Positions 9,666 to 18,275 of a stretch of 62,255 bases of DNA are shown here, one piece after another; positions within the stretch are counted from its first letter, which is position 1; each line of letters begins with the position of its first letter. The translations under genes were made by a program, and so were the position numbers. The notes beneath the pieces are model-generated. The model did not search any database. It saw only the letters and a list, made by a program, of their open reading frames with translations, and was not told the origin of the DNA. Origin of the DNA: a bacterium (GTDB lineage: Bacteria; Chloroflexota; Dormibacteria; Aeolococcales; Bog-877); contig JAKABB010000004.1 in assembly GCA_021802045.1 (NCBI GenBank), forward strand, positions 1 to 62,255, read 5' to 3'.

Positions 9666-10280
9666 GTGACCAGCGCCACGCCGTCCCCCGAGCTGCGGGC
9701 GGCACTCGAGCGGTACCTGGACCTGGTGTACGCCGCCAACACCGAGCTCAACCTCACCCGGATCCCGCGCGCCCAGGCCTGGGCGCGACACGTGGAGGAG
9801 TCCCTGGCCCTGCTGCCCCTGCGCTCCTGGCTGCCCGGCGAGGTGGTGGTGGACCTCGGCAGCGGCGCCGGCCTGCCGGGGATCCCGCTGGCCTGCGCCC
9901 GGCCCGACCTGCGCCTGGTGCTCCTGGAGAAGAGCCCGAAGAAGGCGGCGTTCCTGGAACGGGTGGTGGCGGAGTTGGCGCTGGCTCGGGTGACCGTGGC
10001 CGCCGTCACCGCCGAGGCGTGGGCCGCCGCTCCCCCGCACCCCGCGGCAGCGGTCGTCAGCCGGGCCGCGGCACCGCCCCGGGAGCTGCTTCGGTTGGCC
10101 CTCCCCCTGCTGGCCTCGGGGGGTGAGCTGCTGGCCCATGTCGGCGCCTCGGCCGAGGTCGACGGCCCCCTGCGGGCCGCCGCCCGGCGCCTGGGCGGCG
10201 GGCCTCCGGTGATGGAGGTCGCGGGCGTCATCCGCGTCCTGCGGGTGCGCCGGCCCCCGAGTGCCGCCCGCCGTCCCTGA
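9666..10280 (+). CDS. rsmG: 16S rRNA (guanine527-N7)-methyltransferase
   Basis: Contains NLTRI, HVEESL, the SAM motif VVDLGSGAGLPGIPLA and LLEKSPKKAAFL. Confidence 0.85.
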   Translation: MTSATPSPELRAALERYLDLVYAANTELNLTRIPRAQAWARHVEESLALLPLRSWLPGEVVVDLGSGAGLPGIPLACARPDLRLVLLEKSPKKAAFLERVVAELALARVTVAAVTAEAWAAAPPHPAAAVVSRAAAPPRELLRLALPLLASGGELLAHVGASAEVDGPLRAAARRLGGGPPVMEVAGVIRVLRVRRPPSAARRP

Positions 10281-10627
10281 GCGGCGGCCGGCGGCGCTGG
10301 GCCGGGGCGTGCCCGACCGCGGCCCAACGGTTCACCGGCTGACGGTCTGCCCGTCGGCGCCGGGGGTTCTGGGGGAAGCGGATGGCCACTGCCGGAAATG
10401 GTCGGCGGCGCGTGATGTGGTCCTGGTGCCAGGGCCAGGGTCGGACGGAACCCGTCGACGCCGTCAGCCATTTCGCCGGTCCACTCTCCGCAGCTGCCGC
10501 GGTGAACAACTCGCCCCGGCTGCCTTCCGCGAGCGGTACGGTGGACTCCGACGCCGTAGCCAGTCAAGACCCGCCCGGCCGAGGTCCGTCCCTGCCGCGC
10601 TCACCGTGAGCGGGGAAGAGGGAAGCG

Positions 10628-11356
10628 ATGGGCGAGAGGGGATTGCTGACGGATACGACGGTCGGAGAGATCTACCAGAACCACTACGCGGCGGTGCTGC
10701 GCTGCGTGCACCGGCGGGTGGGGTCCCCCCAGACGGCGCAGGACCTCACCGGGGATGTCCTCTGCAAGGCGGTGCGGACCTTCCGCTCCCACCGTCCCCT
10801 GCGGTGGTCGGCGCTCCTTCGGCTGTACACCATTGGCGCCAACACCCTGACCGACCACCACCACCGCCAGCGCCGGACCGCGCCTCTGGGCCGGGTCGGG
10901 GAGGTGGTGTCGCCGGCCGCGGGCCCGGACGAGATGGTTGCCCGGCGAGTCCTGGCGGGTCACATCTGGACGGCCGCGGACCGGCTCCCGGGGTCGCAGC
11001 GGCGGGCCCTGTGGTTGCGCTGCGGGGAGGACCGAGAGGTCGCCGAGATCGCGGACGGGAAGGGGCGCGGCGTGATGGCGGTCAAGCTGCTCGTCCACCG
11101 GGCGGTCGCGGGGGTCCGGGCCCGGCTTGAGCTCGAGAGCCGCCCGCCCGGACGGCGGCGCCGAGCCGGTCCGGCCGCTACCGCGGCGTCGGGTCGCGCC
11201 TGCGGGCGCGCGGCCGCGGCCAGGATCGGGGGCTGGGTCGGGCCAGCCGGGCCCACCGCCAGCCGCCGGGTGCTGGCGGTGGGCTGCCCCCGCGCCGATC
11301 CGCCGTCCTGCTGGGGCAGGAGCGGTCGCGACGACACGCACCCGCAGCGACGCTAG
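10628..11356 (+). CDS. ECF-type sigma-70 family factor with a 70-aa Arg/Ala/Pro/Gly-rich C-terminal tail
   Basis: Region 2 (DLTGDVLCKAVRTF ... LYTIGANTLTDHHHRQRR) and region 4 (LPGSQRRALWLRCGEDREVAEIADGKGRGVMAVKLLVHRAV). Paralog of 12435..13076. Confidence 0.8.
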   Translation: MGERGLLTDTTVGEIYQNHYAAVLRCVHRRVGSPQTAQDLTGDVLCKAVRTFRSHRPLRWSALLRLYTIGANTLTDHHHRQRRTAPLGRVGEVVSPAAGPDEMVARRVLAGHIWTAADRLPGSQRRALWLRCGEDREVAEIADGKGRGVMAVKLLVHRAVAGVRARLELESRPPGRRRRAGPAATAASGRACGRAAAARIGGWVGPAGPTASRRVLAVGCPRADPPSCWGRSGRDDTHPQRR

Positions 11357-11438
11357 GGTGAGCGCCGATCGCCGGCCGCCACCGGCCGCGCCATGAGCGC
11401 GCAGCCGCCGTCCGCGGAGCGGGGCCCGCTCCGCCCCG

Positions 11439-12163
11439 CTAGGTCAGGGGCGGCGCGACCCGGTCGAGTTCGGCCCGGATGACCTGGTAGCACTCGCAGG
11501 ACGTCCTCTCCAGGCCGGGACGATCAACGATCTCGACGTGGCCGCGGTGGTACCGGATGAGGCCGGCCTTCTGGAGCATGCCGGCCGACAGGGACACCGT
11601 GGCACGGCGCGAGCCGAGCATCTGGGCGAGGAACTCCTGGGTGATGAGGAACTCGTCGGAACCGACGCGATCGTGGCTCATCAGGAGCCACCGACTCAGC
11701 CGCTCCTCGTTCGAATGGAGCCGGTTGCAGGCGGCGGCCTGTGAGATCTGCCCGAACAGGGCCTGCACGTAGCGCTGCACCAGTCGGGCCAGCGCCCCCC
11801 CTTAGCCAACTCCGCCAGGAAGACGCCGGCCTCCATGGTCAGACAGCGCCCAGCCACCTGCGAGATGGCTCGCACCGCCAGGCTCCCGCCGAGCACGAGC
11901 GGTACGCCCACCAGGCCCTCGTTGCCGACGGTCGCCACTTCGACGATCGCCCCGTCCTCCAGGGGCGTGACCAGTGACACCACCCCGTCCAGCGGGAAAT
12001 AGACGGCGTCCACCAGCTGACCCGGCTCGAACAGGACCGTCTTGATATTGAGGAACACCGGCGTCAGCCTCGCCAGGAGACGGTCCTTGTCTGGGGCCGG
12101 GAGGCCGTCGAGCAGGCGGTTCCCGACTCGATCGGCACCCCTGCGCGCAACGTCCGCGCTCAT
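11439..12163 (-). pseudogene. Crp/Fnr-family regulator split by a -1 frameshift in a G7 run
   Basis: The N-terminal cNMP-binding half is in ORF 11696..12448 (LFEPGQLVDAVYFPLDGVVSL...). The C-terminal HTH half is in ORF 11439..11780 (SNEERLSRWLL...ITQEFLAQMLGSRRATVSLSAGMLQKAGLI). Adding one G to the run at 11795-11801 joins them as ...AKGGALARLVQRYVQ.... The start, 12163 or 12247, is uncertain. Confidence 0.8.
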
Positions 12164-12434
12164 CCCCCGGCCCCTCGGATCGAGGGGCGATGCTTCTCGC
12201 TCCACTTGGTACGCCACCGGATCGACCTCAGCCAATGCAGTCCTCATCTTAACCGAGTGAAGGGACTCCGCAACAAGGTTTCGGCCCGAGACGTCCGGCA
12301 GCCCTGGCAGGGCCGGGGTTGGGGCAGCAAGGGGGCACACGGTGCAAGCAACTATCAGATGGCTGGGCAGGGAGCGGATCACTCTGCCGCCAGCGCCACC
12401 TCCGGCGGAGCCCACGGAGGACCGGAGAGCATGC

Positions 12435-13076
12435 ATGGATGAAACCATCGGCGAGATGTACCAGCACCACTACGAGGCGGTGCTGCGCTACGTGCAGCGA
12501 CGGGTGGGGTGCCCCCAGGTGGCCCAGGACCTCACCGGGGACGTCTTCTGCAAGGCGGTGCGGACGTTCGGCTCCTACCGCCCGATGCGGGAGTCGGCGC
12601 TCCCGTGGCTCTACGCCATCGCCGGCCACACCGTGATCGACCACTATCGTCGGCAGCACCCAGCCGCTGCCCTTGAGCTCGTCCCCGAGGCCGCCTCCCC
12701 GGAGATGGGCCCCGACGAAGTGGTGGTGTGGCGGGAGTTGGCCGTCCAGGCCTGGGTGGCTGCGGGGCAGTTGCCGCCGGCGCAGCGGCAGGCGCTGTGG
12801 CTGCGCTTCGGGGAGGATCGCGACCTGGCCGAGATCGCGGACGCCATGGGGCGCAGCGTGATGGCGGTCAAGTTGCTGCTCCATCGCGCCACCCGGGGCG
12901 TCCGGGCCCGGCTCGAGCCCGAGCCCCGACGCACGGTGCCGCGCCAGCGCCAGCCCGGACTGGCCGCCACCTCGGCCTCGGGACCGGCGCTTGGGTGTGC
13001 GGCCTCGACCCCGCGCGGCCGCCGGCTGCGGCCCCGCGGGCCCGCCACCGGGCGGCCGGCCCCGGCCCGGGCCTGA
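12435..13076 (+). CDS. ECF-type sigma-70 family factor, paralog of 10628..11356, also with a low-complexity C-terminal tail
   Basis: MDETIGEMYQHHYEAVLRYVQRRVG...DLTGDVFCKAVRTF...LPPAQRQALWLRFGEDRDLAEIADAMGRSVMAVKLLLHRAT. The N-terminal DNA is very similar to the other copy. Confidence 0.8.
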   Translation: MDETIGEMYQHHYEAVLRYVQRRVGCPQVAQDLTGDVFCKAVRTFGSYRPMRESALPWLYAIAGHTVIDHYRRQHPAAALELVPEAASPEMGPDEVVVWRELAVQAWVAAGQLPPAQRQALWLRFGEDRDLAEIADAMGRSVMAVKLLLHRATRGVRARLEPEPRRTVPRQRQPGLAATSASGPALGCAASTPRGRRLRPRGPATGRPAPARA

Positions 13077-13442
13077 CCGCCGGCACCCCGCTGGTCGGAG
13101 GAGCACCCGCGCCCCGCCGCATCGGCCCCGACGCGCGTGAACCGGCAGGTCCAGGGCATCGACCCGCGTGTGGGCCGCCGCCGCCACCCACGACGGCGGG
13201 TCCGGTCGGCGCAGTGGGTGACGGTCGGACCCGTGGTCCCGGCGGGCGGACCGGCCACTCGGTCCACGAGGAGGTGCACCGCTAGGACGCCCGGCATTGC
13301 GCGCAGAGGACCGGGGCCTCGTGGCGGCCACGGCCGCCCACCGCCATGGACCCCACCGCGGTACGCCGTCGACCGGGGTGCTCGCTCGGCCATCCGTCAA
13401 AATAGTTCGTCCTATACCTGCGATGTGTATCATTCGCTGACG

Positions 13443-14036
13443 ATGCATCCGTCGGAGACACTGGCCGACCCAGGAACCGGCTCCCCCGCGATCGGGGAGG
13501 TGGTGGACCGCTTCCTCGCGCTTCGTCCGGACGTGCGGCGGATGCTGTCGTCCGCCCTGCCAATCACCGCTCGCCCGGAGCTGCGGGGGGCCACGCGCCA
13601 CCAGCTGGCGGCGCTGCAGCAGCTGCCGCCTGCTGGGCTCACCATGCGCCAGTTCTCCAGGGCGGTGGGGGTGTCGAGTGCTGCGGCCACCACCCTGGCC
13701 AACCGGCTCGTCGATCGCGAACTGGTCCAACGACGCTTGGACCCCGATGACCGCCGTCGCGTCTGGATCGTCCCCAGCCCCCGAGCACAGGCCATGCTCC
13801 GCGAGCACCAGGCCTGGGAGCGGCGCATGGCAGCCGACGCCATTGCCCGGCTCTCGCCCGAGCGGCTCAACACCCTGGCAGACATCGTCGGCTCCCTGGC
13901 CGGTGCGAGCCGGCCCGGCGCCTCACCAGCTGCGGAGCCGATGGTGTCCCGGCCGCCAGCCCTGCGGCTGGTGGAGCCTCCGCACACGGTCGGGGACACT
14001 GCGCCCGATCCCAGCAGATCGCGAGGCACTGGCTGA
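13443..14036 (+). CDS. MarR-family transcriptional regulator
   Basis: Winged-HTH pattern TRHQLAALQQLPPAGLTMRQFSRAVGVSSAAATTLANRLVDRELVQRRLDPDDRRRVWI. ATG at 13443 within ORF 13137..14036. Confidence 0.75.
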   Translation: MHPSETLADPGTGSPAIGEVVDRFLALRPDVRRMLSSALPITARPELRGATRHQLAALQQLPPAGLTMRQFSRAVGVSSAAATTLANRLVDRELVQRRLDPDDRRRVWIVPSPRAQAMLREHQAWERRMAADAIARLSPERLNTLADIVGSLAGASRPGASPAAEPMVSRPPALRLVEPPHTVGDTAPDPSRSRGTG

Positions 14037-14290
14037 GCGCTGGACGGAGGTGGCGCTCTCGACCTGCGATGACTTCGTGCGCCGGACCGCGGCCGTCCCG
14101 CGCGTCCACAACCTCACCGTCCTGGAGCTGGACGCGATGACCCGGTTGCCGGCCGATGGGCTGGTCCTCCGAGCCGCCACTGGCGGAGCGGACGCGAAGG
14201 CGCCGCCAGGCGCTGGAGGAGGTCCTCCACAGGTTGCCCCCGGAACGGCTGGCCGGTGCCCTTGAGCTGGCCGCTGCTCTGGTCGGGGGG
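14005..14290 (+). pseudogene. possible remnant of a second MarR paralog (wHTH core deleted, frameshifted)
   Basis: One frame gives LTVLELDAMTRLPADGL. The next gives PLAERTRRRRQALEEVLHRLPPERLAGALELAAALVGG, which parallels PRAQAMLREHQAWERRMAADAIARLSPERLNTLADIVGSLAG of the neighbouring MarR. Confidence 0.3.
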
Positions 14291-14585
14291 ACTCCGAGGC
14301 CCCGCGCCCGACCGGCACCCCCTCCGCCAGCTGAGACTGCCCGGAGACCGGTCGCCCCGGGGCACCACGCCGTTCGCCGGGGCGATCGGTCGTCGAGGCG
14401 GGTGGCCACCGGGCTGCAACGGCGGAGCGGCCATCTCCAGCACGGGGTGAGGGAAACGACGCCACCACCGCCGCGTTAGTGGCAGCAGAGGGCCGTGCGG
14501 TGGCCACCGCGGGACCGTTGTCCGACGCCGGTACCGATCGGGAGCGGCTGCGGCCGGCGCCGCTCCCTCATCAAGGAGGCAGACC

Positions 14586-15005
14586 ATGAATCCCAACATG
14601 AGCGAGACCGAAGAGGTGGTGACCCGTCAGACCGGCACCCCCCCAGGGTCTCCGGCGCCATCGGAGGACTCTGCGGTGTACCGTCGGCGCACCCTCACTA
14701 CCGGCTCCCGTCTGGGGCAGTTCGCGTGGCTGGCGGCTGGGGTGGTGGACCTGGTGCTGGCCTTGGATTTCATCCTGAAGCTGGCCGGGGCCAACATCAC
14801 GGGGTTCGTCGCCTTCATCGGCGGCCTGGCGTCGTCGCTGGCCGCCCCGTTTGAGGGCATCTTCGCCAATCACTACGTGGCCAGCGGCCGAGTGACGCAG
14901 TGGGCGGACGTCGTCGCGATCGTCGTCTACACCGCAGCGGCCTGGATCGTGGTGCGGCTGATCGAGATCGCATCGACCCCGCGCTCGCGTCCAAGCCAGG
15001 TGTGA
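14586..15005 (+). CDS. integral membrane protein (hypothetical)
   Basis: AGGAGG lies 6 nt upstream of the ATG. Hydrophobic helices: FAWLAAGVVDLVLALDFILKLAG and VVAIVVYTAAAWIVVRLI. Confidence 0.7.
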   Translation: MNPNMSETEEVVTRQTGTPPGSPAPSEDSAVYRRRTLTTGSRLGQFAWLAAGVVDLVLALDFILKLAGANITGFVAFIGGLASSLAAPFEGIFANHYVASGRVTQWADVVAIVVYTAAAWIVVRLIEIASTPRSRPSQV

Positions 15006-15017
15006 GGAGGGGGCCAG

Positions 15018-15173
15018 ATGGTTCCCATTCTGCTGTTCCTACTCCTGGTGGCCCTGCTGTTCGGGCTCGGCGCGGCGATCCACCTCCTGTGGATCGCCGC
15101 CATCGTCGCCCTGGCGCTGTGGGTGATCGGCTTCTTCGCGCGCCCGCGGGGCGGGCGCTGGTGGTACTGGTGA
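15018..15173 (+). CDS. 51-aa two-TM membrane peptide (resembles the lmo0937-type small membrane protein family)
   Basis: Absent from the ORF track because it is under 60 aa. GAGGAGGGGG lies upstream of ATG 15018. Translation: MVPILLFLLLVALLFGLGAAIHLLWIAAIVALALWVIGFFARPRGGRWWYW. A decayed paralog lies at 20380..20535. Confidence 0.6.
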   Translation: MVPILLFLLLVALLFGLGAAIHLLWIAAIVALALWVIGFFARPRGGRWWYW

Positions 15174-15372
15174 CGGTCGACCTCCGCGGGGTGGCGGCCT
15201 GGACCCGGGCCCGTCGCCGGTCGCGGGCCGGCGGGGCATCGGGAGCGCGCGACCCGTCAGTGTCGCCGCCCGGCTCGTGCCCCGCTGGCCGCGCCGTCGG
15301 GCCGGCGCGGGCCCCGGGGGGCGCCGCGATCCGCTGACCCCGAACCAGTCCCGGGCGGGCGCACGGTCCGCG

Positions 15373-16414
15373 TCACAGGACGAGGTCGCCCCGTCGCCGC
15401 CAGGACCCCGGGTGGCCGGCAGCGACCGCCTGAAGCCCGTCGGTCAGCGACAGCCTCCATGCAGGGTGGTCGGGCTGGCGACCGGGTTCATGCCGGGGGC
15501 GACGGAGTTCCAGCGTGACTGCTGCGCGCACCCCGAGTTCGTCAAGGAGCAGCTCAGCTTCACCGGCGAGGACACCGCGAGGGCCTCGAGCCGGCTCGCC
15601 GGCGCGGGGCCTCCCGGGGGCGGCGGAGATCCTTGAGCGAGGACCAGGAGGCCGAGCCACGCCGGCGGGTCGCTTCCGGGGTACCGGCGGCGGCTCTTGC
15701 TCGTGAGCTCAACGTCGGCCGCGAGACGCTGCACCAGTACCTGGGCGCCGCCTCGTCGAGGGGCGGCAGGGCAACCCGAGCCGTCGGGTGACGTAGCCAG
15801 CCCCGCCGAAAGCCCAGAGTGCGCGCGGCGGAGTAACCGAACACCCGGGCCAGCGGCCGGCCGGGGTCGAAGTGGAGGGTGACCGCCTCGCCGTTCCATC
15901 CCCCGCCGCCGAAGAAGCCTGGCTTCTCATACGAGGCGGGGCTCGCGATGGTGTGACCGACCCGGTGGCCCCGGGAGGAAGGGGGGAGAAAAATGGGGCC
16001 GGCTCTCAGCACGTGGAGCCTCTCGTTGCCCGGGTCGCCCCGAGCCCCACAGGGGCGGCGAGCATGACCGCGATGCCTTGACACCCTCAGCAGCAACAGT
16101 GCCGCGCGACCTCACGGAACGGTGCCAGCTCGGGGCGTCAGGGGATCTCGTGGCCACCCCGGGATCCCTGGTGTTGGACGAAGGGACCACCGCGCCGTGG
16201 CAGCTGCCGTCGACGCGCTTGACCACCAGCTCACCACAGCTCGACCAGCTCCGGTTGGTGGGCGGTGGGGCCAGGTGCACCGATTCGTGGGGTCGGAGTT
16301 ACCCTGTCCGCTGTCCAGACCGGTGGCGGCGCGGTCGACCCGTCTCCCACAGGGGATGGCGCTGTGCTCCACGATCGCCACCGCCCGCCTCAGTCCGTGA
16401 CCCGACGCAGGCAC
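15373..16414 (-). pseudogene. decayed paralog of the YVTN/YncE-like beta-propeller gene at 20562..21506
   Basis: A GTG at 16414 overlaps the ChrB-like stop exactly as in the intact copy. The first 37 codons, VPASGHGLRRAVAIVEHSAIPCGRRVDRAATGLDSGQ, align with MPAPGQGLSRAVEIVGRIAIPGGGEFDHAAVDLDSGR, and the DNA aligns visibly. Further propeller-like fragments appear in other frames (ELVVKRVDGSCHGAVV..., GGWNGEAVTLHFDPGRPLARV, GLATSPDGSG). The lower boundary is uncertain. Confidence 0.55.
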
Positions 16415-16824
16415 CAGGCGTACAGGGCGTCGTACACGAAGCTTCCGCGCGCGAGCAGCTGGTAGTCGTCGGCCTCGGCGTCGAGCCCGCCCTCCCCGAT
16501 GGCGCGGAGACCCGCGCCCAAGGGATCTGCATCGACGTCCTCGACGATGTCTGCGGCATGGACCACTTGGGCAAGCCGGACCAGGGCGTGATCGCTGCCA
16601 AGGTCGAAGGAGTCGATCAACACTTCGAAGGAGCACTTGCCATCCCGGCGGGTGAACTCGGTGCCTGGAGCGTCGAAGGAGTGCGCCCCCTCAGCCTCGG
16701 CCCGCTGGAGGACCTCGGTCGGTGGGACGTAGAGGATCTCGGCGTCGGGGTCGATGAAGCGGCGGATGAGCCAGGGGCAGGCAATTCGGTCGGTCTTCGG
16801 CCGCGCGCGTGTGACCCACTTCAT
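16390..16824 (-). CDS. ChrB C-terminal-domain (chromate-resistance-like) protein, copy 1
   Basis: Begins MKWVTRARPKTDRIACPWLIRRFIDPDAEILYV, as ChrB-C-domain proteins typically do. 144 aa, 124/144 identical to copy 2. Confidence 0.75.
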   Translation of the reverse strand: MKWVTRARPKTDRIACPWLIRRFIDPDAEILYVPPTEVLQRAEAEGAHSFDAPGTEFTRRDGKCSFEVLIDSFDLGSDHALVRLAQVVHAADIVEDVDADPLGAGLRAIGEGGLDAEADDYQLLARGSFVYDALYAWCLRRVTD

Positions 16825-16890
16825 TGGCAGACTCCCTGATTGGCTGGGGCGTCCGGTGGCGAGGCCGGCAGAGACTGATCCGAAAGCGGC
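16390..16890 (-). repeat. duplicated segment, copy 1 (ChrB-like gene plus about 65 nt of leader); partner is 21482..21985
   Basis: Nucleotide alignment by eye is roughly 80-90% identical through the CDS. A conserved leader block, GTCCGG.GG.G.GGCCGG....GACTGATCCGA..GCGG, is present in both. Confidence 0.7.
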
Positions 16891-17369
16891 CGCCCATGTC
16901 GCCTCCGTGCCGCGCGGGCGGCACCGGGTCGGTCAGGGATGACGTGCGAGCGCGCCCCGCCAGGCATGCGCTGGCTATGAAACGGGAGAGCATGGCCGGT
17001 GAGCAACGCTGCCAGGCAAGGCCTCGACCGGCCCGGCGCAGGCGCACGCGGACGGTGGCGTGGTGGCGGCATCTCCTGACGTCGGGATGTGATCCTCGGC
17101 AGCGCACCAAGCCGTGCATGAGCACACCTACATCGGACCGGCGGGAGGCGGCAGCGAGCCACGCGGTGGTGGGAGCCGTTCCCATCCCTGTTTCCGGGTC
17201 GCGGCTGAGATCAAGGACCGGGGACACCAGGCGTAGGTCGAGCTGGTCGCGGAGGGGTGGCCGCTGGTGACCCCGCCCGGCAGGGGCCGTCTCGCGCGGA
17301 CCCGGGGCGGCACGCGCGACCGGTGTCGGGCGCCGACCGCCACCGGTGATCGGCCTGGGGGGCGTCAGC

Positions 17370-17375
17370 TATACT
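17370..17375 (+). promoter_or_regulatory. -10-like hexamer TATACT upstream of the SRPBCC-MarR operon
   Basis: TATACT lies 44 nt upstream of ATG 17419 and overlaps the palindrome at 17373..17403. Confidence 0.3.
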
Positions 17376-17403
17376 ATGCGCGCCGATGATCGGCCGGCAT
17401 AGT
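17373..17403. promoter_or_regulatory. 31-bp near-perfect palindrome, candidate MarR operator
   Basis: ACTATGCGCGCCGATGATCGGCCGGCATAGT. The outer arms ACTATGC/GCATAGT and inner arms GCCGAT/ATCGGC are perfect. It sits immediately 5' of the RBS of 17419..17844. Confidence 0.5.
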
Positions 17404-17418
17404 TTCTGGAGGTATCGA

Positions 17419-17844
17419 ATGTGGACCTATGAGCACAGCCTGGAGACCACGGCTACCAGCGAGCAACTCTGGCGTCTCTACAGTGATGTCGGCAGTTGGC
17501 CGAGTTGGGACAGCTCCAATGAGTACACGACGCTCGACGGCCCATTCGAGACCGGGGCAAGAGGGTCGATGAAGTTCCTCGGCCAGGATCCGCTGCCATT
17601 CACCCTCGTCGAGGTGGACCCGGGGCGGTTCTTCGCCGACGAGACGGACCTTGGAGGTCTCGTGGTCCGTTTCGAGCATGGCCTCCAATCCGAGGCAGGG
17701 GTGACGAGGATCACGACCCGGGTCACCATCTCCGGGCCAACGGCAGACGAGGCTGGGCCGGCGCTTGGGCCCAAGATCACCGCTGACATCCCGGAGCAGC
17801 TGGCCGCGATCGCCCGCCTCGCCCTCGGTGGCAGCGACGGGTGA
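17419..17844 (+). CDS. SRPBCC-superfamily (polyketide cyclase/START-like) protein
   Basis: GGAGG lies 7 nt upstream of ATG 17419. The translation MWTYEHSLETTATSEQLWRLYSDVGSWPSWD... is the typical SRPBCC opening. Confidence 0.7.
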   Translation: MWTYEHSLETTATSEQLWRLYSDVGSWPSWDSSNEYTTLDGPFETGARGSMKFLGQDPLPFTLVEVDPGRFFADETDLGGLVVRFEHGLQSEAGVTRITTRVTISGPTADEAGPALGPKITADIPEQLAAIARLALGGSDG

Positions 17845-18275
17845 CCAGCCGTTACCAGGAGCCCCTGCAGAGCCCGGGGTTTCTCCTCTGGCACGCGACG
17901 CTGCGCTGGCAGCGACTCATGACCGTCACGCTCAAGAAGCACAGCCTCACCCATGGGCAGTTCGTGATGCTGGCCTCGCTGTGGTGGCTCACCGAGCATG
18001 GCGCGCGACCCAGTCAGCGCCAACTCGCCGACCATGCCGGCACCGACCTCACGATGACCAGCCAGGTGCTGCGTGTTCTGGAACGGCAGGGCCACATCGT
18101 TCGAGAGCCAGACCCTCACGACGCCCGCACGAGGTGCCTCGGGCTAACCGCCCAGGGTCGGCGCGTCGTCCTGGGCGCGCTCCCCGAGGTGGAGGAGGCG
18201 GACCACCGCTTCCTGGGCCCGGTGAGCGACGCGGCCTGCTTCACTCAAGGTCTGAAAGAGCTGACCACGACGTAG
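17841..18275 (+). CDS. MarR-family transcriptional regulator
   Basis: GTGA overlap with the SRPBCC gene. LTHGQFVMLASLWWLTEHGARPSQRQLADHAGTDLTMTSQVLRVLERQGHIVREPDPHDARTRCLGLT. Confidence 0.8.
   Translation: MTSRYQEPLQSPGFLLWHATLRWQRLMTVTLKKHSLTHGQFVMLASLWWLTEHGARPSQRQLADHAGTDLTMTSQVLRVLERQGHIVREPDPHDARTRCLGLTAQGRRVVLGALPEVEEADHRFLGPVSDAACFTQGLKELTTT

Noticed and set aside
15633-15791. A plus-strand 52-codon ORF encoding ...RRRVASGVPAAALARELNVGRETLHQYL, which looks like the C-terminal HTH of a serine recombinase/resolvase. A weak GGRP-like stretch lies upstream in another frame.
   Set aside because: It is codon-for-codon antisense to sequence that is colinear with the decayed beta-propeller paralog (GLATSPDGSG...VLVQRLAADVE on the minus strand). 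No catalytic resolvase domain is present. GC3 does not discriminate between the two readings. I cannot decide between a resolvase relic and a chance antisense HTH without a scored search, so I did not call it as a feature.
16825-17369. A 545-bp region between the ChrB-like copy 1 and the SRPBCC operon, containing ORFs 16824..17270(+), 16691..17227(-) and 16821..17162(-).
   Set aside because: All the translations are Arg-rich with no recognisable motifs. I treat the region as a divergent promoter or decayed sequence.
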